This document shows positions 56,046 to 64,000 of a stretch of 64,000 nt of DNA, in pieces (within the stretch, counting starts at the first letter, position 1; every line of letters begins with the position of its first letter). Under the pieces are notes generated by a model, which was not told where the DNA came from, did not search any database, and was given only the letters and a program-made list of their open reading frames with translations. Both the position numbers and the translations under genes were made by a program. Source of the DNA: Cyanophora paradoxa CCMP329 (taxonomy: Eukaryota; Plantae; Glaucophyta); assembly GCA_004431415.1 (NCBI GenBank), contig QPMI01000587.1, positions 1 to 64,000 of the forward strand, read 5' to 3'.

Positions 56046-57710
56046 ATGGCTGCCGCCCAGAAGATCGACATCATTTCCCGTCTTAACACGAGCAGTCAAA
56101 ATAAGTATGATGGCACTAGCCCTTCGTTCACATATGACAATTTTCTAGCTGAAGTGAATTTTAATTTAAGCATGGAACTTCCATGGACCAACAACGATAA
56201 ATTTCAGATCATACAGGCTATTACTACTGGAGCGGTCAAACTATTTGTTGATGGGAAGAAGCCTAATGGGGCGATCCCTGATGGATTTATTGCATCTCTG
56301 TTGAATGATATTAAAATGCGATTCGATTTCAGTGAAACGGACTACTGGAAGGAAATCGAAAATTTGAATCCTCGTAATCCACTAACCAATGAGTTTGATC
56401 TCCGAGTATTTTTGTCTAGAGTGGCCTTGATTGCTCCGAAAGCGTGGCCCAACGAATCGGACAGTAACCGTGTAAACAAAATGAAATTTTGGTTGTGCGT
56501 TGGGTTGAATATTAGAATGGGAGAAATCCGATCTGTTGATGATTTTCTCAGAGTTCGTGAAAAGGTAAAAAAGAAGAAAAATGTGCCTCTGGTTCTTGAA
56601 CAGCCAAAAGGGGATCAACCTGTTATGTCAGCTGCCGCAAACGCTCCATCCAATTCTTCTTCTAATGCTGCTAATCGTCTAGGCAATGTTGGAAATGTAG
56701 GAATTAATATTGGAAATGTTCCTTCTGGATCTGTTGGCTCTAGGCCTGGGTGCCAGCATTGTGGACTGTTTTTGGATTTGTTTCCTCGACATGATCCGGA
56801 CCAGTGTCAGAATAGACCTGGGGCACCGCCTCGAGCACCTTTTTATGGATCTCGTGGGTATTCTGGACCCAATCGAGGCAGTTTTCAGCAGAGAGGCTCT
56901 TATCGTCCCCAGATTGTAAATCAGCGCCCTGCCCGCCAGGTAAATAATGTCCAGGAAGATGTTGAGGAAAATGTGTCTAATGAAACCAACTCTGGGTACT
57001 CGGCTAGGGATAAAAGAGTGTATACAAAGCAGGAGCTCATGCAACTTCGCCCTAGGGAAGGGACAGTGCCAATCACCATCCAAGGTGTGAGGACCAAAGC
57101 ACTGCTGGATTCTGGAGCTGATGTCTCACTAGCAACAACAAGTTTGTTAAATCAAGCCTCGGACAAACCAGCACTCTTCTCTAATGCAACTGTGCCCAAA
57201 CTGAAAGGATTCAACAACAACATTGTAGAAGCAGTTGGTAAAATGCAAGTAACTGTGGAGCTTGGATCTTTGAAAACAACTGAACCAGTTGTTGTTGTAG
57301 ATAAGCTTGCTCATGATGTTATCTTGGGCAGAGATTATCTGATCAAGAACCAAATGGATATGTCTTTTTCTGACGGGTGTGTGACATCAAAGATCGACAA
57401 GAATTTTCAGGTTCCAATAGAGTTGGGCAAGAATAATCGCCTGAAGCTAAACAATACTGTGTCTCTACCTGCTGCATGTGGAGTTAAAGTTGCCCTTTCC
57501 TCCAACACTGCACCGAGTGTTTGGGGGCTTGAATGTTTCCTGGGTTCACTCCCTCTTAGCCCTGGTCAGTTTGAATTCCCGTTGGGCCCACAACAGCAAG
57601 GTCAGGTGCACACAAAAACTTTCCAGGGGGAACGTGCACAAGGTGCTAGCCTTAGGCAGGTGCACCCAGCCCAGCAGAGGCCCTGTAAGAGGCTCTGCCC
57701 TTCCAAGTAG
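56046..57710 (+). CDS. LTR retrotransposon gag-protease, truncated and running into repeat B
   Basis: Cys/His knuckle-like CQHC...H....C, RG-rich linker and LLDSGAD protease. PBS-like TGGTAGCATCGG near 55855 follows a short LTR-like segment (about 55744-55852) whose start recurs near 57795. Confidence 0.8.
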   Translation: MAAAQKIDIISRLNTSSQNKYDGTSPSFTYDNFLAEVNFNLSMELPWTNNDKFQIIQAITTGAVKLFVDGKKPNGAIPDGFIASLLNDIKMRFDFSETDYWKEIENLNPRNPLTNEFDLRVFLSRVALIAPKAWPNESDSNRVNKMKFWLCVGLNIRMGEIRSVDDFLRVREKVKKKKNVPLVLEQPKGDQPVMSAAANAPSNSSSNAANRLGNVGNVGINIGNVPSGSVGSRPGCQHCGLFLDLFPRHDPDQCQNRPGAPPRAPFYGSRGYSGPNRGSFQQRGSYRPQIVNQRPARQVNNVQEDVEENVSNETNSGYSARDKRVYTKQELMQLRPREGTVPITIQGVRTKALLDSGADVSLATTSLLNQASDKPALFSNATVPKLKGFNNNIVEAVGKMQVTVELGSLKTTEPVVVVDKLAHDVILGRDYLIKNQMDMSFSDGCVTSKIDKNFQVPIELGKNNRLKLNNTVSLPAACGVKVALSSNTAPSVWGLECFLGSLPLSPGQFEFPLGPQQQGQVHTKTFQGERAQGASLRQVHPAQQRPCKRLCPSK

Positions 57711-57770
57711 GTCAGGTGCACACAAAAACTTTCCAGGGGGAACATGCACAAGGCGCTAGCCTTAAGCAGG
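57510..57770 (+). repeat. Repeat family B units sharing a core box with satellite A
   Basis: GGGGGAAC(G/A)TGCACAAGG(T/C)GCTAGCCTTA occurs twice, 110 bp apart. Confidence 0.75.
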
Positions 57771-57814
57771 GATCACCGTGAAGTTTCGGGGGGTGTTGTG
57801 ATAGCCCCCGTTGG

Positions 57815-60800
57815 ATGCCCGCTCGCACATATTTCCCTTATTTTCGCTCCCTGCGTGCTCCAATATTTTACCTGAGCTCCAACGGCAAGAAGATTATGGG
57901 CTTTATCGCGGTCCCCATGTTTGGTGAAGGGATGCTCTCGGAAATTCAAGTTAACAACAATTTCCGCTGGAGCAAGGAAGCCCCTCTCATCACGCCAACA
58001 CAGCTGCAAGAACTTGTTGGCAACCGAGTGTCGCCCCCAGCTCTCCTCGAGAAGGTCCAGCAGAAGTTCCGATCGTACAAGCTTGACTACCTCGTCGCGG
58101 AAAAGAAGTTCGGCGACCTCTGCCTGGTAGTTACCCAAGACCCGTCCAACCAAGCGGAACACATATACATTGGAGTCGAGGCCTCACATGCTGACTGGAC
58201 AGCAGCAACAAGCAGGATTCTAATGGCTACGGCAGCAGATGCCAGACTGGACAACCTGACGCGACCTCAGTTCCTGCACCCGACCTTCAAGGGCCCGTCA
58301 AGTGACACCCCTCTGGCAATGGTCCGGGTCCTGGTCAACGGCCAGCTCACGACCGGCATGGGCCAGCAGCTAATTGACGCCGCAATCAACCGTGTTCTTC
58401 AGTTGGAGGGAAACTCGGCACGGGTCAACAAGCACCAAGTCATCATGCACTTCACAAAGCTTACAGACCGGGTGCCAAGGCGGGACAATGTGTACCTTCA
58501 GGAGACAGTCCAACGGATGTGTACCGTTTTCCATTTTACTACAGCATGGGCAATCGGACAAGCACTTGTTGGGGCAAAGGAGGGAGTCCCGGCCGAAACT
58601 TTCGCAGGCAACAGAGTCTCAAACTATGTCACTATGACCACAAACAGAGACCCTGTCGTTGATTTTGACATAGTCCCGACTTCTTACGCCAAGACCACAA
58701 TGGACTTGGTCACGCCGACCGAATACACAGCTGACCACGAAGAAATGCCAACATACATCACTGTCGGATTGGAGATTGGAGATGAGGACCATGAGAAGCA
58801 AGAGGCAAATGACATGTTGGCCAGAAGGATTCGAGCGGTGAGTCTTCATACAGAATGTAACCAGAGAAAACTCAACAGAGTCACAGATGCATCGGCTCCC
58901 CATCGACTCCAGACTGCGGTTCCAACTGGGGCGCATGTCCCTGCCGCAGTCCCGAGCCCTCTCAGAGCTGATGGCGCTGGCCAAGCGGAAGCAAGCGGTG
59001 GACGCAGGCCAAGTAGTGGCAACTATCTACGAGATGGAAGACGGCACGTCCCTCCTAAACATGATGTACGCCAGCTCACACAGTCACAGGGGTCTCCGAA
59101 GCCCACATTTACGCCATTCACATCCCCAACTGGAATGGACGATTCAATTGGGCACCCTTCTGTAAAACATGCTTCAGCCAGACATCTGATATCTGCAAGG
59201 AGCTTGAATCTTACATCCATAAGGCAGACAAGTGCCCACACAAACCGGTGCACCAGACCCAAGGAACTAAGGCAGAACCTGGGCCAAACATTGACATTCC
59301 CCCGCATGTTCACCACAGGATCGGCCTGGCAACGGACCAGGACAGGATGGACAGGGCGGACGGGGCGGACGGGGCGGGCGGGGCGGCCGCGGCCGCGGAA
59401 ACCCACGGGGGCGTGGGGGCCTCGGCCCCAACTCCCAGACCCACGTGCGGTCCTCCAACCAAGTGCGGGACGATTTCGCTGCCGCAGGATACTGAGCAGA
59501 ACAGACCAAGAATCACGAGTAGTCCATGAACAAAACAAAATACAACAAGCTGCAATGGTATTGCATGCCGTGATCGCACATCTGCAAGAGGCAATCATTC
59601 CCATTATAGTGTCCTGCCCCTACCTTCTCGGACCACTGCTACTTATTGAAGGAATCTCCCGGATAGCCACTGCTCAGTCAAGAAAGCGAGCGCTCACAAA
59701 CTTCGTCCTGATGATAGTGCTCATAGGCTGCATCGGGCAACTTCCCACAACCTCAGCCCTTGAGAGTGAGAGAATTATCCAAGAGAGCTTGGAGGGAGCA
59801 CTAGACCACAGCGACACACACTTTGGTCAGGACCCCATCCAAATACACAAGCAGAAGCCAGACGACCTGGTTAGGATCACATCCTGGAATTGCCAGACAC
59901 TCAATGAAGACAAACTGTCTATGGCCCTGACTACAGCACGAGAGTGGTCCTATGACATATTAGCCCTTCAGGAAACCAACGCCTCTGAAACAAAAGGGAA
60001 AATCTGGCAAACACAATACTCGAAGGACGGAGTCTTCTTACACTCGGGCAGGAAGAAAGACCCGCGTGGGTCGGGGACCGGCCTATGGTTGAGCGAACGA
60101 CTCAAGATTCACATAGGAAAACGGTTTACCTGGCCGGGAAGGCTAATAGGGGTGGAACTGAACTTCGCGGCTAAAAAGATCATCATTGCGTCCTTATATA
60201 TGCCAGCAACTGAACGGCGAGACACGGGTCACAAGAAAGAACAGGAGGACCTTATAGAATACATCCGTACCACAATCAGAGCAACAGCATACGCCAGCCC
60301 AGTTAAATGCTCGATTATACTAGTTGGAGACTTTAACAGTGTGGCGAACCCCCAGCAGGATCGAATCACAACAGATCAGGGCCAGACAGAACATTTTGGA
60401 CAACAATGCAAAATGAATGGGGACTGACAGACATCGGACAGCCCGGGGAGGTCACATTCTGGGCGGGCAAAGGAGCAGCCCTCCACGCCGCAAGACTTGA
60501 CACGATGGTGGTAACAGCCGACGTCCGACCAGCAACGAAAGGAGCCCGGGCCATTGCGATAGCAGCACACCAACCTGGCCACTCCGACCACCTCCCCGTC
60601 TGCGCCGACTTCAACTTCAAGGCAATGGAGATGGAAATCAAAGGATCGAATAAACCGAACGCACCGGTTCCAGGACCCCCACGGTTTACAATTGAAGAAC
60701 AGGACATTGAAGTTCGCACCAAGTACAAGGTGAAAGTAATGGAAGAACTGGACAGAACTATAGGCCGCCAGGTCGAGGAAATTATAAACGAATTAAGTCA

Positions 60801-63120
60801 TCCAACACAGGAACTACGCCGCTCCAAGGATGAACGGCTGACAAGGCTACACACAATTGTAACAGCCATAGTTCCCACCATGCAAACTGCAGCACGGAAA
60901 CCAGAGTTTGCTAAAGCGGAGATATTTAGAGATAGAACCGTCCAGAAAATGAAGAATCCAAGCACAACCCCAGACGTAGCCCTGGTTCGACGGGGGCGCA
61001 CCCTCCTCAAGGCATGGGTGCAGGCACCACAAGACGCCCCCAGCAAATTGGAAGAAGTAGGACGTCTGCGAGCACACATCAAGCAGCACAACCAGGAGAT
61101 AGACGAGGATAAAGATAACATCCAGCACGACATCCCAAAATACAAGCTGTCCAAACTGGAGCCACCACCAGAATACAAGAAAGACGAACCGTGGGAGGCT
61201 TTCTGCGAAACTTGGAAGAGCTGGCTGGAAACGATGGATTCCAAGATCTCCAGAGCGAAGAACAGTCACCACAGACTGAAGATTCAGGCCCTAATACACA
61301 AAAGACGGACCAAGCTGGAGAACCACAAACAAATGGGGTCATACATAGCGGGAGTGATGGAAAAACGATCACGCACACCGCTGATGCATGTAGTATGGAA
61401 AGACGAGAAGGGCCAACTACAGCACAGTAACGACTCAAACACAGTGACGTCCGTCATGGCCAATCACTGGAAGAATTGGTGGGCGCCACGCGCACCTATA
61501 GAAGATAAAACAGAATGGCTGAAACTCTTCGGCCAAGAGGTGACGGAAGCCCTGATCGCGATGCATGCCGAAAGAGATGACATCAAACACCAGGCGTATG
61601 CAAACGCAACAAACCTACCGGACGACAAGGAATTAGATAGAATAATAGGCGGACTCCAAAACGGAGCAGCAGGACCATCACAATTAAGCAATGCAATGAT
61701 CAAATTCCTGTACCTTCCACTGAAGTACGGTCCGGGAGAAAAGGCACAGGCAGAAGACAAGCTGAAGCACATAGGAACTGCCGACGCGATTGTAGAAAAA
61801 GAATTTACAGCGCCACTAAGGATGCTGATCAAAGCAATCATCTGGGAACTCATGGACCTGGATGATATGCCAGCCCCAATGGCAGAAGCACTCATATGTC
61901 CCCTTCCGAAGACAGGCACACACGACGGTACATTAGAGAATCTGCGCCCCATCGCCCTTCAAGACACACTGCTGAAAATAGTGGCAAGTATTTACACAGA
62001 ACGACTCACCATAATCATGCAGGATAACAAAATCCTGAGCGAGTCGAACTTTGGATTCACTCCAGGGGTAGGCACAGAGGAACCCTTATACATCTTGAGA
62101 GCAGCTATTGAAGACGCACACAAGTTTAACAAGCCAATCTATAAAGCGGGCGTCGACGTCAAAAAGGCATACTGTAGCGTCATGTGGTCGTCCCTCGAAA
62201 AAGCCCTCCGGCAAAAGAAGATCCCAGAGAAAATCATTGCCTTCTTCAGAAGATGGGATGAGAAGAGAATGGGACGAGCAATAACGGGATTGGGGCTGTC
62301 AGACCTATTTGAGATCCAATGTGGAATGGCGCAAGGAGCAAACCAAAGCCCACTCTTCTGGCGGATTTTTGTAGATCAGAAAGAGCGAATCATATCTAAA
62401 CTTGCAAAGCAAAATGGCTGGAGCTACCAGTTTGGACCGGCTCCTCAGAAGAAAGGACTACCCCAGGAATGGGCCCCAGATCCAGTTTGGGTGGATGATG
62501 TGGCCTTCGCTGACGACGACGTCCTGCTTAGCGGATCAATAGAAGGACTCCAGCAAATGGTCAAACTAATGTCAGCGTTCTATACGGTACACGACATAGA
62601 GCTCAGCGCGCCAAAAACAGTAGCAACATATTGGCGACCCCGACCCAGCAAAGCTAAACCCCTGACAAAACTAGAAATCTATACGAGAGCAGGACTGGTT
62701 CCGGTTCCTAAAATCCACCAGCCCAACGAAACATTTAAATTTCTTGGGGTTTGGTTCACGATGACACTGAACTGGACGCACCAATTCCAGAACATGCTCG
62801 AGATGGCAGCAGCTATCCTCCGACCAAAACGCCTGACAGACACAGAAATCATCTTCCTCACCCACGTAGTGATAATGCCACGGATAACATACGGACTCAA
62901 AGTGCTCACTTTGTCTGAGACGAAACGGAATCAAATCGATCGTATATTTCGAGGGTTACTCAAAGAAAAAGCAAGTCTTCACCGAGGGTTCCCGTCAGCA
63001 GTACTCCACACGCCCGACATTTACGGTTTACACCCAATACAATACTACCAGCTAAAAATGCACCTCCTAGACGAGAAGACGAGACTCAACCATTGTTCGA
63101 TCTTAAATGAGGCTCTCCCC
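57815..63120 (+). mobile_element. Non-LTR retrotransposon with APE endonuclease and RT (frameshift near 60410, 3' end interrupted)
   Basis: SWNCQTL, LQET, GDFNS and SDHLPV endonuclease motifs. RPIAL, NFGF, DVKKAY, QGANQSP, FADDD and FLGVW RT motifs. RGG-rich tract at 59340-59420 in another frame. Confidence 0.9.
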
Positions 63121-63583
63121 AGGCATATTCAGCCTCTAGAGCACTCTAGAACCCTGGTGACTGAGCCCCAGCCTTCACACGCAGAGATACAGACCTGGAC
63201 AGTCGGATTCCCAGACACAGGAGCCCGAGGCACAGACGCCTGGCTCGTAGGCACACGCTGACTCGTGTACATGGCTGCAAGAGGGCTTATATAGGCTAGG
63301 CTAGGAAGCTTCTCGAGGGGCTGGCCGACTGCGGCTAGCCTCGGAATATTCACGAATAACTAGCCCTAGAAGCTTCTCGAACATCTAGCCCTAGCCGCCC
63401 TGTCTAAAGGTACATGATCCTGCGCTTGCTAAGGGTACATGATTCTGTATTACAATGAGTCACGCCCTGATCATGAGTTCGATCACGATCACGAAGCTAG
63501 CGCTTCAAAGCGACCACAACATTCGTCCTAGCACCAACGTGACGTCCTCGTCACGAAAACGACCACAACATACGGGCCTAGCA

Positions 63584-63949
63584 CTAAGCCAGAGGCATAG
63601 ATAACTCAACAGGACGCCCACGCAAACACGTCACATGCACTACAAAAGACTCTCCTGGTCTATGATGTACACGCACGTCGTCTGCAAACGACGTTATCCT
63701 CACTCTAGATCTCGAAATGACTTCTTGCACAAAATAGGGGCCGCTCCAACCCGAAGCGTTCGGAAGTCCAGGCTTCTTTGAACGATCGGTCGGCACGAAA
63801 AGATCCACTGGCTGTCCAGCCATAAACTGTCGCTTTCGACCTCGATTAATATTTACATGCAGATGCCGCATGCGAAGTCCTTGCCGGAACATGTTCAGAA
63901 AGGCTTGCTCCCGATCAAATTTTTGACGGGTACGCAATTCCGTCACCAA
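63584..63949 (-). pseudogene. C-terminus of an LTR-retrotransposon integrase (GPY/F module), element continues beyond the window
   Basis: WSGPYFVQEV...VVHV motif. TGTTGTGGTCG LTR-like start just downstream at 63570. Confidence 0.65.
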
Positions 63950-64000
63950 CGTACTGTAGCCCTCCTTGCTCAGCGACCGCAGTCGGTCGGCCTCAGTAGC

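Overview
Repeat-rich DNA from a eukaryote (the one host gene has two very short GT-AG introns). About half of the window is a satellite array built from ~123-bp monomers and ~67-bp deletion monomers in higher-order units. Inserted into this satellite is a complete 14.2-kb endogenous Polinton-like virus (15967-30183; ~315-bp TIRs, AGCT termini, 5-bp GAGGG target-site duplication). It encodes a packaging ATPase, major and minor capsid proteins, a PolB-like/SF1-helicase/HNH-like fusion replicase, an rve integrase and a degenerate dUTPase. The replicase gene is split by a ~200-nt GC-rich, hairpin-dense insert that may be an intron or recoding RNA, and it also carries a 2.4-kb tandem duplication with a templated junction. 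The rest of the window is nested Ty3/gypsy LTR retrotransposons, two non-LTR retrotransposons, satellite remnants in both orientations and one intact SLC35E/TPT-like transporter gene. All family assignments come from motif reading by eye; no searches were run.
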